Positions 40,491 through 50,384 of a DNA stretch of 64,000 bases are shown here, in pieces (the stretch's first letter is position 1; every line of letters begins with the position of its first letter). Source of the stretch: Myxococcota bacterium. Lineage in GTDB: Bacteria > Myxococcota_A > SURF-8. The DNA is taken from positions 192,001 to 256,000 of the forward strand of contig CAXXQS010000002.1 in the NCBI GenBank assembly GCA_963674735.2, given 5' to 3'. A program made the position numbers and the translations under genes. Under the pieces are notes generated by a model. It was not told where the DNA came from and searched no databases. It saw nothing but the letters and a program-made list of their open reading frames with translations.

Positions 40491-41632
40491 AAACAACCAA
40501 GCTGGAGGTTTTGTGTGTCGATGATGAAATCGAGGTTCTCAATGGACTGAGAATGATCCTGCGTCGAAACTACAACGTTACCGTGACCGAAAGTGCGCAC
40601 CAGGCCCTGGAGTACTTGAAAACCGAAAAATACAGCATCATCCTATCGGATATGCGCATGCCGGAAATGAACGGGGCGGACTTCTTGGCCAAGGCGAAAC
40701 GAATTTCGCCGAATAGCGTCCGCATGCTGCTCACCGGCTATAGTGACCTGAACGCCGCGATCGATGCGATCAACAAAGGTCAGGTTTATCGATTTTTGAC
40801 AAAGCCCTGTCCGCCGGATCAACTGTTGAATATTTTCGATGATGCCGCCCATCAATACTCATTGATCACCGCCGAAAAGGAATTGCTGCATAAGACCTTA
40901 AAAGGCAGCGTGACGGTTCTGGCTGAAATTCTTTCGATTGTCGACCCGGAAACAGCGGACGCCGTATCCGGGCTGCGTTCGGTCCTGGTCAGCATCGCCA
41001 AGGAACTGGAGTATGCCAAGCAATGGGATCTGGAAATAGCCTATCTCATTTCCAGTATCGGTATCGTAACGATTCCATCGGAGTTGCGCCAGAAAGCGAA
41101 ATCGAATGAAGCGCTGACTGAGGATGAAGCCGATCTTATAGGTCGTGTTCCGGAGATCGGAGCCAAGCTGATTTCTCACATTCCCCGCATGGAAACGGTA
41201 GCCGAGATTGTGCGGTATCAAGCGAAAAATTTCGATGGATCGGGCTTCCCGCGCGACTCCGTAAGAGGAGACAAGATTCCTCTCGGGTCGAGAATCCTGC
41301 GTATTCTTAAAGACTACGATTTGGCGGAGAACATTCAAAAAACGGATGAGTGGTACAAACGGCTTAAAACAGATGAGACTACATACGATCCGGATGTAGT
41401 GAAGGTCTTTATTAAATATGCCAATCTTCTACCCACAAGTTTTGAACTCGTTGAGATCGATCCAAGACGCCTGCGCACTGGGGATCGCTTGATAGATCCC
41501 GTTACAACCGACAAAGGAAGGCTTCTTCTCGCTGCCGGAATGCGAATCAATCAACCCATACTGGAAAAATTGCACCATTACGCGTCGATCGTCGAACTAC
41601 AGGGACAAGTCAGGGTTGAACGCCCCAAATAG
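40487..41632 (+). CDS. Response regulator with a degenerate HD-GYP-like domain
   Basis: Receiver (SDMRMP, TKP); SSIG replaces HDIG and YQAKNFDGSGFP replaces HHE.WDG.GYP. Confidence 0.85.
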   Translation: MKTTKLEVLCVDDEIEVLNGLRMILRRNYNVTVTESAHQALEYLKTEKYSIILSDMRMPEMNGADFLAKAKRISPNSVRMLLTGYSDLNAAIDAINKGQVYRFLTKPCPPDQLLNIFDDAAHQYSLITAEKELLHKTLKGSVTVLAEILSIVDPETADAVSGLRSVLVSIAKELEYAKQWDLEIAYLISSIGIVTIPSELRQKAKSNEALTEDEADLIGRVPEIGAKLISHIPRMETVAEIVRYQAKNFDGSGFPRDSVRGDKIPLGSRILRILKDYDLAENIQKTDEWYKRLKTDETTYDPDVVKVFIKYANLLPTSFELVEIDPRRLRTGDRLIDPVTTDKGRLLLAAGMRINQPILEKLHHYASIVELQGQVRVERPK

Positions 41633-41672
41633 AGAATGGCGAGCGTACTAAACCGAGATTTAGGAAACATGA

Positions 41673-42767
41673 ATGACCATCACAGCTAACATCGTTTTTG
41701 TCGATGACGATAACGAAATTCTTGATTCCATCAAAGTCATGCTCCGCAAGCAAACAAACTTCTGGAATATCGAGTATTTCAATGATCCCCTGGCCGCACT
41801 TGAGCGCATCAGGCACGGAGACGTCGATATCGTGGTCTCAGACATGTCGATGCCGGGAAAATCGGGATTGGATTTATTGCACGAAATCAAGAAGGATGAG
41901 GCGTCAAAATATAGCGCGGTCATCATCCTTACCGGACTCAATGATCGGAGCCTGAAGCGGGAAGCGCTGGCTGCCGGGGCGGCAGACCTGCTCAATAAGC
42001 CCATCGTCTTGGAAGATTTGCTGGCTCGGCTTGTCAATACCTTGAAAATGAAGCGCTACGAAGACGATCTTCGCGACAGCAACCTCACGCTTGATAATAT
42101 GGTAAGGGTGCGGACACTGCAACTGGAACAGTCCCGAATCGCCACGGTCATACACCTTGCCAAGGCAGGGGAATATCGAGATGAGGAAACCGGAAAACAT
42201 ATCATTCGAGTCGGCAGTTATGCGCGTTGTATTTGCGAACGCCTTGGAATGGAAAAGACGGACTGTGATGTGGTGGCGGTGGCGGCCCCCTTGCATGACA
42301 TTGGAAAAATCGGTATTCCCGACCGTATCCTTCTTAACCCGGGCAAGCTCGATGCCGAGGAATGGAAGATCATGCGTACCCATACTCAAATCGGATACAA
42401 CATATTGAACACCAATTTGATCAACATGGAACGGCTCATTCCCGATATGAAATGGAAAGACGGCGACATGTTCGATTATTATCCCGTCATTAATGCCGCT
42501 TCGGAAATCGCATTGAATCATCACGAGCGCTTGGATGGCAAGGGCTACCCCAATGGTTTAAGGGGCACGGCTATTCCCCGTAAAGCCGTCATCGTCGCCA
42601 TCAGCGACATGTACGATGCCTTAAGAAGTGAAAGACCCTACAAAAAGGGATTTTCCCATCAAAAAGCCATGGAAATCATTGCGGAAGACACGGGACATTT
42701 CGACCCGGAAGTTTGTGAGGCTTTTTTCGATCTTTCAGACGAAATCAGTTTCTTGTTTGACCTGTAA
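41673..42767 (+). CDS. Response regulator with an HD-GYP c-di-GMP phosphodiesterase domain (RpfG-like)
   Basis: EYRDEETGKHI.RV, LHDIGKIGIPD, HHERLDGKGYP, DMYDAL.S.RPYK. Confidence 0.92.
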   Translation: MTITANIVFVDDDNEILDSIKVMLRKQTNFWNIEYFNDPLAALERIRHGDVDIVVSDMSMPGKSGLDLLHEIKKDEASKYSAVIILTGLNDRSLKREALAAGAADLLNKPIVLEDLLARLVNTLKMKRYEDDLRDSNLTLDNMVRVRTLQLEQSRIATVIHLAKAGEYRDEETGKHIIRVGSYARCICERLGMEKTDCDVVAVAAPLHDIGKIGIPDRILLNPGKLDAEEWKIMRTHTQIGYNILNTNLINMERLIPDMKWKDGDMFDYYPVINAASEIALNHHERLDGKGYPNGLRGTAIPRKAVIVAISDMYDALRSERPYKKGFSHQKAMEIIAEDTGHFDPEVCEAFFDLSDEISFLFDL

Positions 42768-42886
42768 GCCTGCCTCAAATGCCAATAGCAACATCCATGC
42801 ACGTTGCCCACCCGGCTGCTTGATGTCGGATCAGACGACACACGAACACCGACCAAAACCCGGTAGATAGGCGGATCGAACCCATG

Positions 42887-42909
42887 AAAAAAACCGGCCA
42901 TCAGGCCGG
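42887..42909 (-). terminator. Terminator of the small lipoprotein gene
   Basis: CCGGCC-UGAU-GGCCGG followed by U7. Confidence 0.75.
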
Positions 42910-42933
42910 GTTCGTGTGTGGAGAAGGCCGCGA

Positions 42934-43380
42934 TCACATAACACCAGCCGCGCAGTTGGCATACTCGGTGCTGCACTGGGTAGCCGCCGCCGCATCATAG
43001 TTGTCGGCATCCGGACAGGCTTCATCCCAGCAATCCAAAAAGTCCAGCACACAGTCACGCGCATTATCGCACATGTCGCCCCCGGCACCGCCGATTTCGT
43101 CACAGGCCACCGTCATCTGGTCATAGGCGGTTTTGATTTGGCAAGCTCCCTCGTCGCAGATGTTGCCTTCGACTCCGTCGCAGTCGTAGTCGGAAAAGAG
43201 ATCATCGCCGTCATCACCATCCGCATCATCACCATCGGCATCATCGCCATCGGCATCATCGCCGTCGCTGCTGTCATCCCCGTCGCTCTCATCGTCGTCA
43301 TCCCCCATGCACGCTGACAACGCCAACATCAGCGCCAAGGCCATCAGCAGCACCAACATCCATTTCCACGATTTTTTCAT
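42934..43380 (-). CDS. Small Cys-rich acidic lipoprotein with DGDDA repeats
   Basis: GGAGGA RBS; lipobox LSAC; ten further Cys residues. Confidence 0.8.
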   Translation of the reverse strand: MKKSWKWMLVLLMALALMLALSACMGDDDDESDGDDSSDGDDADGDDADGDDADGDDGDDLFSDYDCDGVEGNICDEGACQIKTAYDQMTVACDEIGGAGGDMCDNARDCVLDFLDCWDEACPDADNYDAAAATQCSTEYANCAAGVM

Positions 43381-43756
43381 GTCATCCTCCGCTTTTCGGG
43401 TTCCAACAGCCGATCCACCGGCACATTTCACCCCCTGAAACGTCACGGTTACATCTGCGACCGGCTTCTATCGCCCTGTAGTTTGTCTTGATGCAAATAG
43501 ATTAGCATAAATTATAGAACTATTCCATGTTTTAAAGTGCGATATAAATAAAAGCAGGTCGAATGATCGCCCTCGCCCGCCGGGAGCCGTCGGTCCGTCT
43601 TCGGCGCAGATGCAACACAGACGATTGCCGAGAACCCTTCAAGATGGGTGGTATGGGCTAAGCGAAGAGAACGGAGCTTGCCTTTGCCACCCCAAAACCA
43701 AACGGGTTGCCATATCCTGTGCTGCACCCATTCCGAATCCCGTATATGCTAAGTCC

Positions 43757-43785
43757 TTGAGAAACAAGCCGAAACCTGCTAGGCT
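43757..43785 (+). promoter_or_regulatory. Putative sigma70-type promoter of the nitrogenase-like operon
   Basis: TTGAGA-N17-TAGGCT with an extended -10 TG. Confidence 0.45.
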
Positions 43786-43826
43786 GAGAGCCGTTTAGAC
43801 AGCCCAATACGGCAAAAAGGGACGGT

Positions 43827-44642
43827 ATGAACCACATCGCGATTTACGGCAAGGGCGGCAGCGGAAAATCGATGATCGCCAGCAATCTTTCGGTCCAGTT
43901 CGCTCGACTGGGACTGGCCACTACGCAAATCGGTTGCGACCCCAAACACGACTCCACCTTATGCCTGACCGGTGGACGCGCCATCCCTACCGTTATTTCA
44001 CTCATGGAGAAAAGTCGCGACCTGCTACCGCCCATCGAGCAGGTGGTGGTCGAAGGCGTGCACGGCATCCGCTGCATCGAGGCGGGCGGTCCGGAACCGG
44101 GGGTCGGCTGCGCCGGGCGCGGCATTGTTTCGGTTTTCCAGATTCTCAAGCGCCATCACTACCTCGACGACTTCGAGGCGGTGGTCTTGGACGTTCTGGG
44201 CGACGTGGTCTGCGGCGGCTTCGCCGCTCCGCTGATGCACGGTTTCGCCAGCCGGGTGCTGATCGTGGTGAGCGACAACCTGATGTCGCTTTACGCCGCC
44301 AACAACATAGCCAAGGCCGTGCGACGCTTCACGCGCAACGGTGCACGCCTGGTGGGTCTGGTGGGCAACAACCTGCACGACCCCGACGCCGAAGCCATGC
44401 TCACACGCTTCGCCGAGCGGCTGTCCACCCGGCTTTTAACCATCGTCCCCCACGATCCGTTGATCTTCGACGCCGAGCGTCGACGGCTGACCGTCTCGGA
44501 TCACGCTCCCGATTCCGCCAGCGCATCTCGTTTCCGCGAGTTGGCCCAGGAAATACGCAATCAAGATACCGTCGAACATGCAACTCCAACCCCCATGGAC
44601 GACGAAGAGCGCGAAAGCTTCTTCCGTGAACAGGGACGGTAA
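43827..44642 (+). CDS. Nitrogenase iron-protein-like ATPase (NifH/BchL/CfbC superfamily)
   Basis: YGKGGSGKS, GCDPKHDST, EAGGPEPGVGCAGRG, DVLGDVVCGGFAAP, MSLYAANNI. Confidence 0.95.
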   Translation: MNHIAIYGKGGSGKSMIASNLSVQFARLGLATTQIGCDPKHDSTLCLTGGRAIPTVISLMEKSRDLLPPIEQVVVEGVHGIRCIEAGGPEPGVGCAGRGIVSVFQILKRHHYLDDFEAVVLDVLGDVVCGGFAAPLMHGFASRVLIVVSDNLMSLYAANNIAKAVRRFTRNGARLVGLVGNNLHDPDAEAMLTRFAERLSTRLLTIVPHDPLIFDAERRRLTVSDHAPDSASASRFRELAQEIRNQDTVEHATPTPMDDEERESFFREQGR

Positions 44643-44649
44643 GGCGGCC

Positions 44650-46758
44650 ATGGCTTCCCCGCAACGACGCGATCCCATTCCCTTGCTCGAACGCTTCGCG
44701 CTATTGGCGCAGGAACTGGAGGCGCGCGCGGTCTTTCCACAGGCCGACGGGGCACTTTTCATCTTGGTTCGTGAAACCGAACCCAAGGCCTGGTTGCGTT
44801 GGGAACCCGATGCCGACCACAACGATCCCCGCTTGGACGAATTGCCGGGACGCCTGCACAGCGCCCAACTGACACCGGCGGCGGTCGCCAAACTGGCGGC
44901 GCGCCTCGTGCACGCCGCAAAAAAAGACGCTTTCCGCTTTCTGCGCGTTGCCCATGAAGCCGAGATCCCCATCGAACTCAACCGCTGGTTTGTCGCGCGT
45001 CACCTCACCCATTATCTGGAGGAAGGCATAAGCCGGTGGGGCCCCTATCGGCTGGAACCGGTGAAAGAGGTGGGCGACGCTATCGAATTGGTCTTTTCCT
45101 CGATCGACGGAGAAACACCCCCGTTACACTTCTCCATCAGTGCATCAGAATCCGACCCCGTCGAGAAAACCGGCGCTTCAGCGGCTGCAAGTCCGCTCAC
45201 GTTACGGTGTTTGGCCGAGGATTCCGACGACGCCTCTTTTTCGCGTTCCCCCGAGCGCTACCTGCGTTACGCCCTGGCACGCAGCTTCGTTCCGGGCCAG
45301 GCCCTGCATCGTCCGACAGACGATTCCGGCCCCGAAAACGAAACCGAGAAACCGGCCTCGCCTTACAACCAGGGTTTTTTAGCCCCCGACCACCGGGATT
45401 ACATTCCGATGACCTGCTTTTTCGCCCTGAAAAAAGATCCCGGAGTGATGGATATCCTATCGAGCTTAAGCGACGACGGCTTACACCTGCGCACGCTTCA
45501 CGTGGGCAGCACGGCCTGTCTGCTGGCTCCGACCGTGGACATCCGCGACGACCGGCGCTTTGTTTCCGCCCGCTTCATGGGAAGCAGCTTCAAACCCGAC
45601 CCGGTGATGGATGCGGTCGAAATGGGCGAAATCGATGTCATCGTGGGCGACGACGCGAGCTTGAGACGCAGCCTGGAGACGCTCATCGATCTTCCCGACA
45701 TCCACGCGGTGGTCTTGATTGTGCAGTGCCTGGCCGATTTCGTCGGTTTGGATCTCGACAACATCGTGGCTGAAGCAACGGCCGCAGGTGCTCCACCCAT
45801 CATCCGTTACACCGACACCCCCGCCATCCAGCGCGAGCCATACGACCGCTTCTGGCACGAAATCTTGCAGTTGGCCGACCCCAACCTCGCACCCGACCCG
45901 AAACAAGTCAACCTGGTCGGGTTCGCCCCGCGTGGGTCCAGGGCGGATAGGGAATTGACCGCCGATCTGGCCGCATTGAACCTTACGGTCAACGCCCGCT
46001 TCATCCCCTCGCTGAAAGCCGCCGAGATACGACGCTTCGGATCGGCCGCACTCAACGTTCTGTTCAACGAGCGCATCACTCGCGATGAAATCGGCGCTCC
46101 CCTCGACGCCTACGCCGCCGCAAGCGGTCGGGACATCCTCGCACCGGTTCCCCCCATCGGTCCCGACGCGACCCAGACTTTTTACCGCGCCATTCTCACC
46201 GCCTGCGATCTGCCCGACGACGGCCGGGTCGCCGCGCTCTGGGAGCCGTTCAAAGCCGACTGGGAAAAAGGCCGCGCGAGCGCCGCACAGCACGAAATCG
46301 CCATCATCGTGGACGCGCATACCTCCCGCTACTTGCGCGAACCGGACGAACTGTACGGCATTCCACTCCCGGTACGCTTGGCGGAAATGGGCTTTGCTTT
46401 GCGTCTGGTGCTGGCCGAATGGGAGGATGCAGGCAGCTATCGCGACGCCGAGTTCGCGCTCGAATCCCTGCGGGACACCCTCCTGCAAGCAGGCGCGGAT
46501 GTGATACTCGACCGGGTGGCCGGGCCCGATGAACTGGCGGCACGCATGCGCGACTGGCCCGCCAGCCTGATCTTCAGCGATTTCCCCGGCGATCGCCGCA
46601 TCGTGGCCGCCGGTAAAACGCCTTTCTCCATCCGCGCCTTCGAGTTCGGTTTTGCCGGTGCTCTGCGCAGCCAACGCCACCTGCTGCGTCTGGCGCATAG
46701 CGGCTACGCTCGGGCTTTTGGTCCGCTTGCGCTTTCCCGAAACGAGGAGACGCCATGA
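44650..46758 (+). CDS. Divergent nitrogenase component-1-type oxidoreductase subunit with a long N-terminal extension
   Basis: MGEIDVIVG, QCLADFVGLDLD, VNLVGF, PIG..AT..F and FGFAG motifs echo NifD/E, BchN and CfbD; starts 8 nt after the NifH-like stop. Confidence 0.7.
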   Translation: MASPQRRDPIPLLERFALLAQELEARAVFPQADGALFILVRETEPKAWLRWEPDADHNDPRLDELPGRLHSAQLTPAAVAKLAARLVHAAKKDAFRFLRVAHEAEIPIELNRWFVARHLTHYLEEGISRWGPYRLEPVKEVGDAIELVFSSIDGETPPLHFSISASESDPVEKTGASAAASPLTLRCLAEDSDDASFSRSPERYLRYALARSFVPGQALHRPTDDSGPENETEKPASPYNQGFLAPDHRDYIPMTCFFALKKDPGVMDILSSLSDDGLHLRTLHVGSTACLLAPTVDIRDDRRFVSARFMGSSFKPDPVMDAVEMGEIDVIVGDDASLRRSLETLIDLPDIHAVVLIVQCLADFVGLDLDNIVAEATAAGAPPIIRYTDTPAIQREPYDRFWHEILQLADPNLAPDPKQVNLVGFAPRGSRADRELTADLAALNLTVNARFIPSLKAAEIRRFGSAALNVLFNERITRDEIGAPLDAYAAASGRDILAPVPPIGPDATQTFYRAILTACDLPDDGRVAALWEPFKADWEKGRASAAQHEIAIIVDAHTSRYLREPDELYGIPLPVRLAEMGFALRLVLAEWEDAGSYRDAEFALESLRDTLLQAGADVILDRVAGPDELAARMRDWPASLIFSDFPGDRRIVAAGKTPFSIRAFEFGFAGALRSQRHLLRLAHSGYARAFGPLALSRNEETP

Positions 46759-48053
46759 AGCTGACTCCCAGCTATCTCGACGGCGCGTATCTCGCCCTCA
46801 ACGCGCAACCGGGCCTGCGGGCATTTGTCGATGCGCCGCGCTGCGAGGTCAACCGCGCCGACAAGATCACCACCTTACATGATCGCATGAGCGACTTACT
46901 GGGTATGGGGCCCTACGACCTCAGCCGCCGCCTGTTCACCGGAACCTGGCGCTTCGGCTTGGACATCCAGGGACCCGACGAAGCCATTGCCCGCACCCTC
47001 AAGCATTTGGCCGGCGCCGACCCGCACAGTCCGATTCTGCTCTTTCGCGGACACCTGTCGCTGTTAATCAACACCGACCTCGACGGAGTCGCGCTTGAAA
47101 GCCTGGATACCGAAAAGACTCCGCCCCTGATTTCCGTGGCACACCATTCGCTCGACGACGACTGGCTCACCGGCTACCGGGCCGTCCACGACGCCGTTTT
47201 GGACTGGATGCTTCGCAACGCCTCACCCACCCCGCCAGCCGGACCGCCCCGTCCCTTGATCGGCGGTTTCGGGCTCTTGCGTCGGGAAGGGGACGAACAC
47301 GGCAACGTGGACGAGGTTCTGCGTCTGTGGCGGGCGCTCGGGCTGGAGACAGACCCGATATGGCCTTTTTCCGGCGGACCGCTCGATTCAGCCGGATTGA
47401 CCTCCGACTCGCCCCGTTTCATCTTCCCCTACAGCGGCGATTATCAAGCTCATCGTACAGCAAACGACGACGGGACCGACACGCATCTGCCCTTCCCCAT
47501 CGGCTTGTCGGCCACGGCTGCTTTGCTGCGCGGGCTAGGCAAACGTTTCGGACGCGAAACCGAAGCCGAGTCGCTGATTGCGCGGGAAACCGAAACCCTG
47601 CGGCAAGCCATCGAAACCACGGCCGTCGAGCGGCTGGCCGGACGCGGGGTCGCCGTCTTGGCCGATCCCACGCGCGCCATCGGACTTTGTGCGGCCATGC
47701 GGGATCTGGGGCTGACGGTCCCGCTCGTGTTGAGCCTGGGTGCCATCGAAGCGGACGAAGCCGAGAATGCTTTCGGCGATGCGACGGTTCTGATCAATCC
47801 CAGTTTTTCGGACGCCGTCGCGCAACTCAAAACCGCCGCCGCAACCGGGGAACTGGACTGGGTGGTGGGAGCCAGCTGGCTCCGCGATCCGGCCCGCGAG
47901 GCGGGTCTGGCCTATGTGGAATGCGGCTACCCCGCTTACACCGAACATTTTATCGGTCCCATGCCATACATGGGATACGCGGGACTTTTACGCCTGGCCG
48001 AACGTCTGGCCAACAGCCAGAGCGGCCTCCTCGATCCAAACGGGAACGCTTGA
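46755..48053 (+). CDS. Second divergent nitrogenase component-1-type subunit
   Basis: VDAPRC, LINTDLDG, DWLTGY, PIGLSAT...LR.LG..FG, GYP...H.....PYMGY.G; ATGA overlap. Confidence 0.75.
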   Translation: MKLTPSYLDGAYLALNAQPGLRAFVDAPRCEVNRADKITTLHDRMSDLLGMGPYDLSRRLFTGTWRFGLDIQGPDEAIARTLKHLAGADPHSPILLFRGHLSLLINTDLDGVALESLDTEKTPPLISVAHHSLDDDWLTGYRAVHDAVLDWMLRNASPTPPAGPPRPLIGGFGLLRREGDEHGNVDEVLRLWRALGLETDPIWPFSGGPLDSAGLTSDSPRFIFPYSGDYQAHRTANDDGTDTHLPFPIGLSATAALLRGLGKRFGRETEAESLIARETETLRQAIETTAVERLAGRGVAVLADPTRAIGLCAAMRDLGLTVPLVLSLGAIEADEAENAFGDATVLINPSFSDAVAQLKTAAATGELDWVVGASWLRDPAREAGLAYVECGYPAYTEHFIGPMPYMGYAGLLRLAERLANSQSGLLDPNGNA

Positions 48054-48066
48054 TGGAGAAGGTATC

Positions 48067-48801
48067 GTGACGGAAACCCCGCTTCCGGTCGAGGAAGTCA
48101 GCGATTACGAACGTGAAGCCCATGACTTCGCCCATCGTCACCTGGCCTTGCCCTGGCGCGCTCTGGTGGCACGGCTATCGCGTCTGGAAGCCGGTGAATC
48201 GCTCCGGGAGGACGAAGCACGCTTCGAGGTGATCGGGTGGCCCCGCCCGCTTTCGGCACATCGCTTCCACCGGGCCATGCGCTCCGGTTCCTGCCGTCGC
48301 TTGTTCGGTCCCAATCCCACGCGCCTGCTGGTGGTGCTCAACCACAAACGCACACGTGTTTTGCATGTCCTGGCCGACCGCAACGAAAACGGCGTTTTCG
48401 TCGAGCACGTCAGTCTGCGTTCGCGAAAAGAAGAACCTTGGGCAGGTGAACTGCTGCGCTTCATCCGCGAGGGACGTCCCGAGCTGGCCCAGCGTCTGGC
48501 GACCGACTGGTTGCCCGAACAGCCCGAAACCCGCGACTGGAAACTCGGCCTGCTGATCGTCACCAACTGGGATTGCTTTATGCTGCTGAAAAAGGCCTGG
48601 GACAAGGCCGGGGACGGCAAGATAACGGCTCTCCCTTTTTGGCTGATGGAAGCCCTGGTCAAAATGGAGCAGAGCGGGGCTTTACAGATCGAGCCGCCGG
48701 TGCCGGTGGAGCGCTTGCGACGCCGCCTGACGCCGCTTTTGCGCCTGCTGCTTCCCTCCATTCGTCTCAGTGGCTACGCCGCCCGCCTGTGGCCGCTTTA
48801 A
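48067..48801 (+). CDS. Hypothetical protein, probably the fourth gene of the nitrogenase-like operon
   Basis: GGAGAAGG RBS and GTG start 13 nt after the upstream stop; no recognisable motif. Confidence 0.55.
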   Translation: MTETPLPVEEVSDYEREAHDFAHRHLALPWRALVARLSRLEAGESLREDEARFEVIGWPRPLSAHRFHRAMRSGSCRRLFGPNPTRLLVVLNHKRTRVLHVLADRNENGVFVEHVSLRSRKEEPWAGELLRFIREGRPELAQRLATDWLPEQPETRDWKLGLLIVTNWDCFMLLKKAWDKAGDGKITALPFWLMEALVKMEQSGALQIEPPVPVERLRRRLTPLLRLLLPSIRLSGYAARLWPL

Positions 48802-48856
48802 GCTTCACCGAAACCGATACCCTGCTTCTCTTGGAATAAGCACGAAATTTTCCCAT

Positions 48857-48882
48857 AAAAAACCCCGCCGAAAACGACGGGG
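48857..48882 (-). terminator. Terminator of the DUF1015 gene
   Basis: CCCCGUCG-UUUU-CGGCGGGG followed by U6. Confidence 0.7.
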
Positions 48883-48938
48883 CGTGTCAGAAACCAGATC
48901 ACCGACACGAAGTCGGTGGGTCGAGCTTGTCAAATCGC

Positions 48939-50174
48939 TCACTTCAAGAAGTGCACCACCAAACCCGAGCGCAGCTTGGGCTCGAACCAGGTGGACTTGG
49001 GCGGCATGATCTGCCCCGCATCGGCGATGGCCATGAGTTGCTCCATGGTGGTGGGATGCAGGGCGAAGGCCACTTCCCAGCCCTCGGACACACGTTTTTC
49101 AAGTTCCTTCAAGCCACGGATACCGCCCACGAAATCGATGCGTTTATCGGTGCGCGGATCGGCGATGCCCAAAAGCGGGTCGAGTAGATTGTGCTGCAGG
49201 ATGGAAACGTCGAGGCACCCCACCGGGTCGTTTTCATCGAAGCTGCCGGGTTTGGCCGTCAAGCGGTACCAGCGACCATCGAGGTATAGGCCGAAGTCGT
49301 GCACGCGCCCGGGCTTTGGCGCATCGGTTTCGCTCAGTTCGAAACGCTCCGCTACGGCTTTCAAAAACGCGTCTTTCGACAAACCATTGAGGTCTTTCAC
49401 CACGCGGTTGTAATCGAGGATCTTGAGCTGGTTGTGGGGGAACAAAACGGTCAGGAAGTAATTGTACTCTTCCTCGCCGGTGTGCTGCGGATTGGCGGCG
49501 CGGCGCAGGGCGCGTACACGACTCCCCGATTTCGCACGGTGATGGCCATCGGCCACATAGGTGGGATCGATGGCGGCAAAAGCGGCGATCAACTCGTCGA
49601 TCAACGCATCATCGTCGATCACCCACAGGGTGTGACGAATACCGTCCTCCGCCGTGAAATCATAAGTGGGCTCTCCCGCACTGGCACGCGCCATCAGCGT
49701 ATCAACCGCGGCACTCGCTTTGTAAGCCAAGAACACCGGACCGGCGTTGCAGTCGGTCACATCCACGTGCCTGGCACGATCGTCTTCCTTTTCCTTGCGT
49801 GTCTTTTCATGCTTTTTGATATGGTCGTCGTCGTAATCGTCCACCGCGGCGGCCACCACCAGACCGATCTGGGCATGTTCGCCCATCACCTGTTTGTACG
49901 CGTAAAGACAAGGCTTTTCATCGGGCACTAGCAAGCCGTCCTGAACGAAACGCGTGATATTGGCCGTGGCCTGGGCATACACGCGTTCGTCATACAGATC
50001 AATCGCCGGGTCGAGATCGATTTCCGGCTTGTTGACATGCAAAAAGGTGTTCGGCTTGCCTGCCGCCATACGGCGCGCTTCATCGGAATTGATGACATCG
50101 TAGGGAGGCGAAGCCACTTCGGCCGCCAGGTGCTGGGGGGGACGATAACCGGTAAACGCTTTGATTTTCGCCAT
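48939..50174 (-). CDS. DUF1015 family protein
   Basis: SPPYDV, IKKHEKTR, YVADGHHR, ILDYNRV, MPPKSTWFEPKLRSGL; start ATG 50174 after GGAGG. Confidence 0.92.
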   Translation of the reverse strand: MAKIKAFTGYRPPQHLAAEVASPPYDVINSDEARRMAAGKPNTFLHVNKPEIDLDPAIDLYDERVYAQATANITRFVQDGLLVPDEKPCLYAYKQVMGEHAQIGLVVAAAVDDYDDDHIKKHEKTRKEKEDDRARHVDVTDCNAGPVFLAYKASAAVDTLMARASAGEPTYDFTAEDGIRHTLWVIDDDALIDELIAAFAAIDPTYVADGHHRAKSGSRVRALRRAANPQHTGEEEYNYFLTVLFPHNQLKILDYNRVVKDLNGLSKDAFLKAVAERFELSETDAPKPGRVHDFGLYLDGRWYRLTAKPGSFDENDPVGCLDVSILQHNLLDPLLGIADPRTDKRIDFVGGIRGLKELEKRVSEGWEVAFALHPTTMEQLMAIADAGQIMPPKSTWFEPKLRSGLVVHFLK

Positions 50175-50355
50175 TGGATTCCTCCGGGTGAAAGGTTGCC
50201 CGTCGTGCTGCGCGCAGAATAACGAAAGCCGCTCGGCAAGGCAAGCAAAAGGCGAACGAACCGCCAATACCACCTTCTCACCTCACTCCTTCCGACCACG
50301 CAGAGTGTCAAAAACCCTTGACCGCGCCTGACGCGCTGCGATATAGTGAGAAACG

Positions 50356-50383
50356 TTTTCAGAATTTTCAGAATGAGCTGAAA
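50356..50383 (+). promoter_or_regulatory. Putative autoregulatory operator
   Basis: Tandem TTTTCAGAA x2 overlapping the inverted repeat TTTCAG-N6-CTGAAA, immediately before the start codon and just after TTGACC-N18-TATAGT. Confidence 0.55.
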
Positions 50384-50384
50384 C

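Noticed and set aside
43827-48053. True nitrogen fixation (nifHDK)
   Set aside because: P-cluster Cys set incomplete, no FeMo-cofactor ligand motifs, and no nif assembly genes in the window
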